Assembly (NCBI GenBank): GCA_031409655.1
Contig: JANNXQ010000078.1
Location: 32,001 to 96,000 of the forward strand
Length of the DNA: 64,000 nucleotides
Reading direction: 5' to 3'
Source of the DNA: Chthoniobacteraceae bacterium
GTDB taxonomy: Bacteria; Verrucomicrobiota; Verrucomicrobiia; Chthoniobacterales; Chthoniobacteraceae
Position 1 is the stretch's first letter, and every line of letters starts with the position of its first letter. The notes below the pieces were generated by a model, which saw only the letters and a list, made by a program, of their open reading frames with translations, was not told the DNA's origin and ran no database searches. Of the stretch, positions 27,554 through 36,600 are shown piece after piece. The translations under genes were made by a program, and so were the position numbers.

Positions 27554-28813
27554 TCACGCGCCCTTCGGCTTGATGAACATGACCTCCGCGCGGTCGATCC
27601 AGCCTTTGCGCAGATCGAGGCGGAACCAGCCGTCGCTGTTTTTCCGGTGGATGCGGCAGCCGGAGCGCGGGCCGAATTCCTTCAGGTCGTACTGCGCCCA
27701 CGTCTTGCCCATGTCGGGCGAGTAGATGATGCCGTTCGCGTAGGTCGAGGCCGGGGCACAATGCGTCGCGAGCATCACGCCGTCCTGGATGATCATGTTC
27801 GCGGATTCGAACTTCGGGTTGAAGAGCAGCGTGTGCTTGGTCGTGTCCGTGATGTCCGCCGGCGCGCAGGTGAAGATGCCGCGATCATGCTCGGGGCCGA
27901 CCTTCGGGCCGTTCGCGTCGGCGATCCAATAGACGCGCCCGTCCACGAAGTTGATCCCGCCGCATTTGAAACGGGAGTCGGAGTTCACGCTGATGATCAC
28001 TTTCCAGCTCCACGCATCCGCCTTCGCGTCGTAGGTGCCGCGCAGCCAGTGGCACTCGTTGCCGTGGCCGCGGTCGATGTCGCCGGTGCACGCGTAGAAG
28101 GCGTTCTCGGTCGGGCTGTAGGTCACGTTGTGGATGTGGCGGCAGATGACCGGGTTCGTCGCGTCGCCGAGCAACGGCGCATCCGGCGCGGCGCCCTTTT
28201 GCTGGAACTTCGGATTCTGCCCGAACGAATACGCGAGCTTCACCGTCTGCCCGTTGTCGGTGGAGTAGAAGATATTCACCGGCACCGCGCCGCCGACCAC
28301 GTTGCAGTAGTTGCCCCACACGAGCATCTCCTTGCCATCCACCTCGAAGCAGTGCTCGCCATCGAGCGGATGAAAATACCAGCCGGGCAGTTCCGGATTC
28401 ACCGGCTTGTGCGGGAGGTAGTCACTGCCGTCGCGATTCTTCACGATGATCTCGCGGTGCGTCTTCAGATTGTCCGTGCTCAGGAAAAGATGCGTGGTCG
28501 TGGCGAAGAGGATGTTCCCATTTTTCAAAATGACGCTGAACGTGACCGCGTCCGCATAGGGAAATTCCGCGCTGTGCGCCCACGTCTTTGCATTGTCCTC
28601 CGAGAGGAAAATCTTCCCGTCGCCGAAGCCGAATGCCTTGTTGTCACGCTGCGAATCGATGTATGGCCCCTCCGGCGCGCCGCGGTAGAAGAAGTGCTCC
28701 GTCTCCCGGATGTCCGAGCGCGCGGCGCTGAGTCTGTGTGGCAGCAGGAAGCTGCCCGCGGTGGCCGCCGTGGCCCCGAGCCACTGGCGGCGTGTGAGTA
28801 ATGGGCTTTTCAT
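27554..28813 (-). CDS. Tat-exported BNR/Asp-box beta-propeller protein
   Basis: TRRQWLG Tat motif; Asp-box-like SEDNAKTW, STDNGQT, SPDMGKTW; ATGA overlap with the upstream gene. Confidence 0.7.
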   Translation of the reverse strand: MKSPLLTRRQWLGATAATAGSFLLPHRLSAARSDIRETEHFFYRGAPEGPYIDSQRDNKAFGFGDGKIFLSEDNAKTWAHSAEFPYADAVTFSVILKNGNILFATTTHLFLSTDNLKTHREIIVKNRDGSDYLPHKPVNPELPGWYFHPLDGEHCFEVDGKEMLVWGNYCNVVGGAVPVNIFYSTDNGQTVKLAYSFGQNPKFQQKGAAPDAPLLGDATNPVICRHIHNVTYSPTENAFYACTGDIDRGHGNECHWLRGTYDAKADAWSWKVIISVNSDSRFKCGGINFVDGRVYWIADANGPKVGPEHDRGIFTCAPADITDTTKHTLLFNPKFESANMIIQDGVMLATHCAPASTYANGIIYSPDMGKTWAQYDLKEFGPRSGCRIHRKNSDGWFRLDLRKGWIDRAEVMFIKPKGA

Positions 28814-29997
28814 ATTTGCTTCGCCGCGGTCGGGCGTACCTTGAAATGGGCGAGGTAGATGTTCGCGGGATTGAAGGCCGCGCCCTTGGCCGTCGGAAAT
28901 TCGTGCGATGAGTAATAGCAGAGCAGCACCTCCCCGCCCTTCGGTCCGTCGGCGAAGCTTTGATACGCGTTGTCGCCGCCGCTGGGGATGATCCACGGGT
29001 TCTCGAGTCCGTTCTCGGTGACCGTCCACACTTTGCAGACCGCAGGATAACCATCAGGCCGAGGCTCGCGCACGTCGCGCGCGGAAAGCAGCAAGCCGCC
29101 GTCCTTCAACGCGTGCAGCGCGGGCCCGCCGAAATTGTTCACGCCGGTGGCGTAGGCCCGCCAGGGACCGTTGGGCTTCGCGCCGAAGACGATCACGCCG
29201 TCCTTCGAGGTGCGAATGGCCGAGACGAGCGTGCCGTCGGGCGTCCACGCCACATCGGCCTCGTGGCCCCAGCCGGTGCCGGGGCCGCCTTTGTGCATCG
29301 CGGCGGTCGGGCCTTCGCCGTAGGTGTGCAGCGCCTTGAATTTCACGCCATCCTCGGAGCGGTAGAGGATCAGGCCGAACAACCCGGGCGAGCCCTCCGC
29401 CTTGTTCCCGCAGCGCGCAAGGCTGTAAAACGCGCCGTCCGGGCCTTTGCGAATGCGGAAAAGCCAGCGGCGACGGTTGGGAGTGAGCACGAGTCCGCTG
29501 CCCGGCTTCGGCTCGACGAACTCCGACTCCAGCTCGCGCGGCTCGCTCCATGTCACGCCGTCGGCGGATTGCGAATAGAAATCTTCCTTCGAGTGAAAGA
29601 CGACCTGGACCTTGCCGTGATTGTCGAACACGAGCGGATCGCGGCAGTCGTGGTCGCGCGTGAACTCGGCGACCTTGTCCCACTTTTTCAAATCCTCGGC
29701 TTTCGCGCGGATGACGGTGATCTTCGACTCCGGTGCCTGATGCGAGTCCGACGTGCGGAATGAGACGTAGTAGAAGTCGCCGACGCGCGCGATGCCGGGG
29801 AATCCGTTGTGCCGCCCGTCGGTCCAGATGGTCTGCGAGTAATAAAATGAAACCATCGGGCGTGGCAGCGGCTTCACATCGAGCGAAAGATCCGGTGCGC
29901 TCGCAGCGCGGGCTGGAAGCGCACGACCGCCCGCGGCGAGGACGGAGGCTTGAAGCGTCGTGTGGAGGAAGCCGCGTCGAGTGAGATGGGTGTTCAT
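28810..29997 (-). CDS. Tat-exported sialidase-like beta-propeller protein
   Basis: TRRGFLH Tat motif; 'HNGFP', 'DCRDP', SADGVTWS, SEDGVKF, 'GGDNAY', 'YYSSHE'. Confidence 0.7.
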   Translation of the reverse strand: MNTHLTRRGFLHTTLQASVLAAGGRALPARAASAPDLSLDVKPLPRPMVSFYYSQTIWTDGRHNGFPGIARVGDFYYVSFRTSDSHQAPESKITVIRAKAEDLKKWDKVAEFTRDHDCRDPLVFDNHGKVQVVFHSKEDFYSQSADGVTWSEPRELESEFVEPKPGSGLVLTPNRRRWLFRIRKGPDGAFYSLARCGNKAEGSPGLFGLILYRSEDGVKFKALHTYGEGPTAAMHKGGPGTGWGHEADVAWTPDGTLVSAIRTSKDGVIVFGAKPNGPWRAYATGVNNFGGPALHALKDGGLLLSARDVREPRPDGYPAVCKVWTVTENGLENPWIIPSGGDNAYQSFADGPKGGEVLLCYYSSHEFPTAKGAAFNPANIYLAHFKVRPTAAKQI

Positions 29998-30043
29998 GTG
30001 AGAGAGTCTCGTAACGTCGAAGCCACAGCGTCGTTCCATGTAT

Positions 30044-31147
30044 TCATTTTCCCAACTCGCCGCAAAGCGCCAGCGCCCGCAGCGCCTGCGCGGTGCTGAT
30101 GTAGGTGATGTAGTGATACGTGTCGCGGTAGAGCGACTTCATCCACCAGCGCCCGCTCTCGCGCTGATTCGCCTTCAGCCACGCGACACCCTTTTGAATC
30201 CGCGCATCGTCCGCCGGCACGCCGCTCTCGCGCAGCAGCACGATGGCCCACGCCGTCAGGTAAGGATCGCTCGCCGGGCTGGCCGCGTCGGGCTCGCCCT
30301 GGATCATCGTCACGACCTTGGGGTCCATCGTTTCGTGCCACTTCATGAGGTCCGACATGCGCCGCGTGGACCACCCGCCATCCGGCTGCTGCCGACGCCA
30401 GAGCATCGCCGTCGCCGGCGCGCGCACCGGTGGCGGCACGAGGTCCGGCATGAGCGCGGAAAGCTGGAGCTTCAGCGCGAGTTCGTAGTCATTCACCGGC
30501 TCGTGTTCGCGCAGGAAATTCTTCATCCGCTCGACGCGTGCGAGCGTGTCGGCGTCCTTGAGATTCGCCAGCCAGCCCGGCGCGGTGGTGATGGCGCGCG
30601 CCGCCTGCACGGTCAGCTCGAAGTCCGTGGTGATGTAGGGAATCTCCACCTGCTTGATCGTGCGGAAAAATCCTTCGTCCGTGAGCAGCGTGAGCGTGTG
30701 CCGCAGCGAACGGTCGGTGTGCTCGCTGAGCTTGCCTGCGACGTGCTTGTCCCACGAAGCGAGACCGGAACTGCGCCACACGGATTTGATCGGGCTGGCG
30801 TCCTTGCCGCCATCCTTCGGCACCTCGTCGATGAAGTCCGCGAGCACCTCGTCGCTCGGCTGGCCGAGCCACGGCGTCAAAGCCGAGCGCTCGACCATGT
30901 AAACGCCCGTGCTGTGACACGCGATGCACGACTTTTCCCGAACCCAATGATGCGCGCCATCGTCGAGATATTTTGCCGCCGCCTGGATCGTCTCAGGTCC
31001 GAACGCCTTCACCCGCGGCTCGTCCGCCGTCGCTGCCGGGACTTCGATGCCCGCAGACTTGTATTGAAACTCCGGCTTCGGCTTCGTCTCGACCGCGTGC
31101 GCCGTGACGGCAACTGCTGCGAGGATGGCGATGAGGGAGGATTTCAT
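30044..31147 (-). CDS. Secreted prenyltransferase/squalene-hopene-cyclase-repeat protein with CxxCH
   Basis: Signal peptide; CIACH; QW-type repeats QQPDGGWS and NQRESGRW. Confidence 0.7.
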   Translation of the reverse strand: MKSSLIAILAAVAVTAHAVETKPKPEFQYKSAGIEVPAATADEPRVKAFGPETIQAAAKYLDDGAHHWVREKSCIACHSTGVYMVERSALTPWLGQPSDEVLADFIDEVPKDGGKDASPIKSVWRSSGLASWDKHVAGKLSEHTDRSLRHTLTLLTDEGFFRTIKQVEIPYITTDFELTVQAARAITTAPGWLANLKDADTLARVERMKNFLREHEPVNDYELALKLQLSALMPDLVPPPVRAPATAMLWRRQQPDGGWSTRRMSDLMKWHETMDPKVVTMIQGEPDAASPASDPYLTAWAIVLLRESGVPADDARIQKGVAWLKANQRESGRWWMKSLYRDTYHYITYISTAQALRALALCGELGK

Positions 31148-31235
31148 GGCGCAGAGATGCTGCACGATTCGAGCAATCTGGGCAGCATTCCTTTGGCCTG
31201 CGCCTCGCGGGCCCAGGCGCACGGCGGCGCTGATC

Positions 31236-33191
31236 CTACTTCGCCGCGGCATCGCGGGGCGGGCTCGGCAGAGGTGCTTCGGGGGTGAGCGAGAAATTGC
31301 GGAAGCCGGCCTTGCCGCCGATGAGCACGAAATCCACGCCGCCTTTCTCGCGCTCGAAAATCTGGTCCGTCGCGCTGAACTTCGTGCCGCCGATTTCGCC
31401 GTCGAGATTGATGCCGTCGAACTTGAGGGTGAGCGCGTGCCATGTGCCGGGCGTAAGGGCGACCGGGACTTTCTTGAGGATCACGTTCTTCTCGCCGGTC
31501 ACGTCGGCAAACGTAATGCGGTCGGCGGCGATGTCCGTGCGGATGATCACGTCGCCCGCCGGGTCGCGGAAGCGCAGCGTGAACTGGCTGTCGGGCGCGA
31601 GGTTGAACTCGTAGCCCAGCATGCCGTTGCGGAACTCCGCCGGGCCGCGCAGCAGCGCGTCCTTGTTCTCGGCATTCAGCGATGCCCAGAGCGCGCCGTC
31701 CTTCGCCTCCCAAGTTCCGCGCTGGGCCTTCCACGGCTTGCCGGGGAGCTTCGCAAAGGACTCGCGAATGGTGCCATCCTTCTCGATGTTCGCGGCTGCG
31801 TCGGGCGATTTGGGAAGCGGGACACCTTTGGTTTTCTTGCGCTCGCTCTTGGGCTTCTTCGTCTTTGCGCCCTCGGGCAGCGGCATCCCGAAACGCTTTG
31901 CACCGGCTTTGATGGGGTTCGCCATTTCGGCCAACCAGGCGTCGTGGAGCTTCGTGAGTTCGGCGACTTTCTCCGGCATCTGCTGCGCGAGATCATTTTT
32001 CTCCGCCACGTCCTTGCCCAAATCAAAGAGGCCCGTGCGCGCCTTCTCACCGACGAGTTTCCAATCGCCAGAACGCACCGCCCACCAGCCCTCCTCGCTG
32101 CCTGCGGACCAGAAAAGATTGCGCAGCGGCAGCGTCTCGTTGCCTTGCAGGATCGGCAGGATGTTTTTCCCATCGAAAGGCTTCGCGTCCACTGGCGCGA
32201 CGCCCGCCGCCGCGAGCGCGGTCGGGAGAATATCGAGCGCGATGACGGGCGCCTGACTCTCGCCGGGCTGCAATTTCGCCGGCCAACAGACGAGAAATGG
32301 TACCCGGATGCCGCCCTCGTAGTCCTGATGTTTGCCGCCGCGCAACGGCGTGTTCACCGCCGACTGCGCGAGCGGGCCGCCGTTGTCGCTGATGAAAAAC
32401 AGCAGCGTGTTTTCCCACACGCCTTCCGCTTTCAGCGTCGCGACGACTTTGCCGATCGCGTCATCCATCCGCTTTCCCATCGCGAGGAGTGTGTTGCGGT
32501 CGGCGTTGCCGGTGTTGAATTTTGCGATCTCATCCGCGGGCGCCTGGAGCGGCGCGTGGACGGCATTGAACGCGAGATACACGAGGAACGGCTGCGCTTT
32601 CTTTCGCGTGATGAATGCCGCGGCCTCCTCGCCGAGCCGGTCCGTGAGATAGCCCGTCTCCTGCACCGGCGTCGTGCCTCGGTAGATCGGATCGTCCGGA
32701 TCGTTGAGTTTGAAATAATCGTGCGCGCCGCGGCCGAGGAAGCCGAACACTTCATCGAACCCGCGCAACGCCGGGCTCCACGCCACATCCGGCCCGAGGT
32801 GCCATTTCCCAAACTGCGCCGTCGCGTAGCCCGCCGGTTTGAAATGCTGCGGGAAAATCTTCTCGCTCATCGGCAACCCGCTCCCCGCCTCGCCGCCCGT
32901 GTAGAGCCCGAGCCGCTGCTGATACCGCCCCGTCATCAGGCCGGCGCGCGTCGGCGAACACACATGCCCGCTCACATAGCCCTGCCGGCAGATCACGCTC
33001 GCCCTCGCGAGCGCGTCGAGATGCGGCGTGGTGATTTCCTTCGGATGCGCGGGATTGAAGCGCACATCCGCGTAACCGAGATCATCCGCGACGATGACGA
33101 CGATGTTCGGTTTCGGTTCGGCAGCGCTGAGCAGGGCAGACGCGGCGAGGAGCACGGCAAGAAGTTTGGAGGTAAAGACGGTCGTTTGCAT
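31236..33191 (-). CDS. Sulfatase with a C-terminal beta-sandwich domain
   Basis: KPNIVVIVADDLG, CSPTRAGLMTGR, GKWHLG, SDNGG, YEGGIRVP; Lys-rich linker then an extra domain. Confidence 0.93.
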   Translation of the reverse strand: MQTTVFTSKLLAVLLAASALLSAAEPKPNIVVIVADDLGYADVRFNPAHPKEITTPHLDALARASVICRQGYVSGHVCSPTRAGLMTGRYQQRLGLYTGGEAGSGLPMSEKIFPQHFKPAGYATAQFGKWHLGPDVAWSPALRGFDEVFGFLGRGAHDYFKLNDPDDPIYRGTTPVQETGYLTDRLGEEAAAFITRKKAQPFLVYLAFNAVHAPLQAPADEIAKFNTGNADRNTLLAMGKRMDDAIGKVVATLKAEGVWENTLLFFISDNGGPLAQSAVNTPLRGGKHQDYEGGIRVPFLVCWPAKLQPGESQAPVIALDILPTALAAAGVAPVDAKPFDGKNILPILQGNETLPLRNLFWSAGSEEGWWAVRSGDWKLVGEKARTGLFDLGKDVAEKNDLAQQMPEKVAELTKLHDAWLAEMANPIKAGAKRFGMPLPEGAKTKKPKSERKKTKGVPLPKSPDAAANIEKDGTIRESFAKLPGKPWKAQRGTWEAKDGALWASLNAENKDALLRGPAEFRNGMLGYEFNLAPDSQFTLRFRDPAGDVIIRTDIAADRITFADVTGEKNVILKKVPVALTPGTWHALTLKFDGINLDGEIGGTKFSATDQIFEREKGGVDFVLIGGKAGFRNFSLTPEAPLPSPPRDAAAK

Positions 33192-33202
33192 AGTTTCGGT
33201 GA

Positions 33203-35161
33203 CTAGGGGTGAACTTCGGAGGCCGGCATTGCCCGCACCGTGACGTTGGTGAACGTTTCGCTATCGGCCGGCTTTTTGAAGCGGGTGTCTTTGTCGTTCA
33301 CCCAGATCGGCGTGGTGCGACCGTCGGCGTGGCGGAGGCGGAGGTTGTCGAGGTAGATGGTGTAAGTGCCAGCAGTGCCGCCGGTGAAGACGACACCGTG
33401 TTTGCCGAGCGGGCCCGGAGCAGTGCTAGCGAGGCCGATGATGCGGTGCTCCCAAGTGCTCTTGCCATCGGCGATGCCGGGGCCGCTGACTTGATCGCGG
33501 CCATACTGATCGACTGCGGTACCGATCTTGAAGAGCGGGCCGAAAGGTTTACTGTTGTTGCCTTCGAGGGTGGAGAAATACGGCTGCTTCTTCGCGGTGT
33601 TCGGCGAAAAGGCGATGTCGTACTCGATCCAGTCGGTGGCGTATTGCGTGCCACTCCAGTTCGCTAGCGAGATGGCGAGTCGATCTTTTGGTTTGGCCTT
33701 GTCCGTGATGGTGACGGTGACGGCGAGCACCTCGCCTTCGGGTGCGGCAGGCTGGTGATACTTCGCTGGAGCAGGCTGGTGGCTGAGTGCGGCCCCGAGC
33801 GAATCGGCCCACGCATTCATCTTCGCGGCGAGGGATTTCACCACGGCGGGATTGGAGTCGGCGACGTTGTTCGTTTCGAGTTCATCCTTAGTGATGTCAT
33901 GGAGTTCGGTGCGGTTGAAGAAGCGGTGCAGCTTCCACTGCGCGGTGCGGATGGCGTCTTCGTCGTGCCAGATCCAGTAATAGCTTTCCACCGGACTGGC
34001 GGTGTTATCGCGGAGAGCGGGCCAAATGTTTTTTCCATCCAGCGGTCGCGTCTCAGGCATCTTCGATTCCGTCATCGCCATCAGCGTCGGAAACATGTCG
34101 AGCGCACCGCAGAGGCCCGTCCATTTCTTGCCGCCGACGAGTCCTCCTTTCGGCCAATGCATGACGGTGGGCAGACGCACGCCGCCGTCATAGACGGTGT
34201 GCTTGTGGCCGCGCAAAGGCAGGCTGCTGCCGGCTTCCATCGCGCCATTGTCGCTGGTGAAAACGAAGATGGTGTTATCGAGCAGACCCAGCTTCGTCAG
34301 CTCGGCCTCAATGGTGGCGACGTCGTTGTCGAGCGCATGAAGCATCGCGGCGTGGATGTGTTTGTTCTCGTCGGTCGTCTTGCCGCTGGCGGTGGGTAGC
34401 TTGGCGGCCATTTGCGGATCAATTCTCGCCAAATCACTTGCCTTAGCCTGCATGGGTGAGTGCGCGATTTGGAATGGGATGTAGCAGAAGAACGGTTGCT
34501 CCTTGCTGGCTCGAATAAACTCCACGGCATGCTGGGTGAGCAGGTCATCCGTGTAGCCTTCATCTTGCGGACGAAACTCGCGGTTATGCCACCACGACAC
34601 CGGTCCCCCACCTTTGACCGTGCGGCGCGTGAAGTGATCTGGTCCGCCGCCGTAATAGACCCACGCCTCATCAAAGCCGTGCGCGTTCACTCCGTGGCCG
34701 AAGTCAGGCATTTTGTTCGGCATGTGTTTGAAGGCCTCGGCAAAGTGGGCGCTGAACTCCGGCGTCTCGGGATCATTGCCATTGTGCCATTTGCCAAAGA
34801 CACCGGTGCGATAGCCATTGGCCTTGAAGCCTTCGGCGATGGTCGTCTCGGCAGGTTCGAGCTCGCCGCCGGTCTCTGGCCCAGTGCCCACGCGGATCGG
34901 ATGACGTCCCGTGAGCAGCATGGCGCGGGTGGGCGAGCACACGCACCAGCCCATGAACTTCGTTAGCTCCACGCCTTTGGAAAAAAGCCGGTCGATGTTC
35001 GGCGTGGGCACGCCGCCACCGTGCGCGCTGAGGTCTCCCCAGCCGATGTCGTCGGCCATGATATAGACGACATTGGGTTTTGAGAAAGGTGCGGCGGCGT
35101 GGAGCGCACCCAGCGAAGCCAGGAGAGCGCTGGCGAGAAGCAGGCGAGAAAGGGATTTCAT
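33203..35161 (-). CDS. Arylsulfatase with a C-terminal extension
   Basis: KPNVVYIMADDIG, CSPTRAMLLTGR, GKWHNG, SDNG. Confidence 0.93.
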   Translation of the reverse strand: MKSLSRLLLASALLASLGALHAAAPFSKPNVVYIMADDIGWGDLSAHGGGVPTPNIDRLFSKGVELTKFMGWCVCSPTRAMLLTGRHPIRVGTGPETGGELEPAETTIAEGFKANGYRTGVFGKWHNGNDPETPEFSAHFAEAFKHMPNKMPDFGHGVNAHGFDEAWVYYGGGPDHFTRRTVKGGGPVSWWHNREFRPQDEGYTDDLLTQHAVEFIRASKEQPFFCYIPFQIAHSPMQAKASDLARIDPQMAAKLPTASGKTTDENKHIHAAMLHALDNDVATIEAELTKLGLLDNTIFVFTSDNGAMEAGSSLPLRGHKHTVYDGGVRLPTVMHWPKGGLVGGKKWTGLCGALDMFPTLMAMTESKMPETRPLDGKNIWPALRDNTASPVESYYWIWHDEDAIRTAQWKLHRFFNRTELHDITKDELETNNVADSNPAVVKSLAAKMNAWADSLGAALSHQPAPAKYHQPAAPEGEVLAVTVTITDKAKPKDRLAISLANWSGTQYATDWIEYDIAFSPNTAKKQPYFSTLEGNNSKPFGPLFKIGTAVDQYGRDQVSGPGIADGKSTWEHRIIGLASTAPGPLGKHGVVFTGGTAGTYTIYLDNLRLRHADGRTTPIWVNDKDTRFKKPADSETFTNVTVRAMPASEVHP

Positions 35162-35181
35162 AGGAGTGAGTGATGAGTCGT

Positions 35182-36465
35182 TCAGGGGGTGCGCTGCGGC
35201 GGCGTGTTTTGCAGAGGCAACTGGCCGCGCAGCAGGCGGGCCCCCTGGCCAGTCAGCCAGAGGTAGTGATCGCTGGGCAAACCTTCGTAGTCGAGGAATC
35301 GCGTGGGGCCGACGGGCAGTTCATTCGTGCATTTGAAGATGGCCGTGCCCTCATCCACCTCGTCAAACATCGCCACATAGATCATCTGCGCGCCGGCGGT
35401 CTTCGCGGCGACGAACTGCGACCAGAGGAACTCACCTTTCAATCGCGGAATGTGGCCGAGCGGTGAGTCTGGATTCATATTGTGCCAACTGAATCCCGGA
35501 AAGACGACCGGCAGATAGTCGAGCGAATGCTCGCTGCACCAGGCGAGGTCAGGTTTCGCGACCTTCTCGGCATGGCGCGCGACTTCCTGCGGATTGCGAT
35601 AGCGGCCTGGCGTCCATGGACTGAGCACGTCGGCCAGTTTCAGCACCGCGTACAGCGCGGGATCGGACGCGGCATCGCGATGGAGTTCACGCCAGCCGGT
35701 GGGGACGCCGAGCATCACCGAACAGCCATCGTCTTTGAGAAACTCGATCAACGCGCGGCATTCGGTGAGCGAGTATTTGCGATCGTCGGCAAAACCCACA
35801 CCCCAGACGGCCACGAGTGGTTTACCCCGGTGCCGCAGATACGCGGCATCCTCACCGATCTTCATTTGCGCCCGCAGCATGCGCCAGTCGTCCATCACCT
35901 GGGCAACACCGCCGGCGGGCAGGCCGCTGAGGTCATACATCACCGCATAGGCGCGGCCCTCCCGGTTCGCGCCTTCACGGCAGTTCGCGAGCACGACGTC
36001 TTTGTGACGCCGTCCCACCGCGCTCTTCAAGCCGTTGGCAAAGCGTTGCACGAAGACGCCGTCGATGCCGTATTCGCGCATCCAGCGAAAATGCCGCAAC
36101 ACCGTCTCGCGCCGGAAGGAACTGAACACTTCGGCGGCGCGACCATCGGCGAGCTTGAAGCCGGTGGGGAATCGCTCCTCCGGCGTGAGTTCCGCCATGT
36201 CGGGCCAGAGGTCCACGTTGACGTTACCCGGAGCGAAAGGCTTTTGCTTCTTAGCCGCCCAATGCGTCCAGCCAAGGCCCGCGCCATCGCCCTCGCAATT
36301 GAACCAGCCTTGATAACCCGCCATTACCTTGCCGGTCAGCGTGCTCGTGTCCACACCCCGCACACTGGCGCCAGAGTAAGGCGCGAGCGGACTCGATGGG
36401 TCGGCGGCCAGGACGGAAACTGTCGTCAGCAGAAGGAGGGTGAGAATTGAGAAGATGGCATTCAT
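35182..36465 (-). CDS. Secreted glycoside hydrolase, GH71/GH99-like
   Basis: 'GKVMAGYQGWF', 'HFRWMREYGIDGVFVQRF', 'FPGFSWHN', 'YVAMFDEVDEGT'. Confidence 0.75.
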   Translation of the reverse strand: MNAIFSILTLLLLTTVSVLAADPSSPLAPYSGASVRGVDTSTLTGKVMAGYQGWFNCEGDGAGLGWTHWAAKKQKPFAPGNVNVDLWPDMAELTPEERFPTGFKLADGRAAEVFSSFRRETVLRHFRWMREYGIDGVFVQRFANGLKSAVGRRHKDVVLANCREGANREGRAYAVMYDLSGLPAGGVAQVMDDWRMLRAQMKIGEDAAYLRHRGKPLVAVWGVGFADDRKYSLTECRALIEFLKDDGCSVMLGVPTGWRELHRDAASDPALYAVLKLADVLSPWTPGRYRNPQEVARHAEKVAKPDLAWCSEHSLDYLPVVFPGFSWHNMNPDSPLGHIPRLKGEFLWSQFVAAKTAGAQMIYVAMFDEVDEGTAIFKCTNELPVGPTRFLDYEGLPSDHYLWLTGQGARLLRGQLPLQNTPPQRTP

Positions 36466-36600
36466 CCGGGTGCCGATACCAAGTCTTGGGGTCTGGTGTC
36501 AGGGAATTCTCCGGTCAGCCAAGAGGCGCATGCCGTGATCGCCGAGCACCTCGTGGTGATCACTGGTGAAGCCGACAAACGGGTTCTCGCCACACGCGCT

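Noticed and set aside
30044..31147. True squalene-hopene cyclase (shc)
   Set aside because: About half the expected length, has a signal peptide and lacks the DxDD motif.
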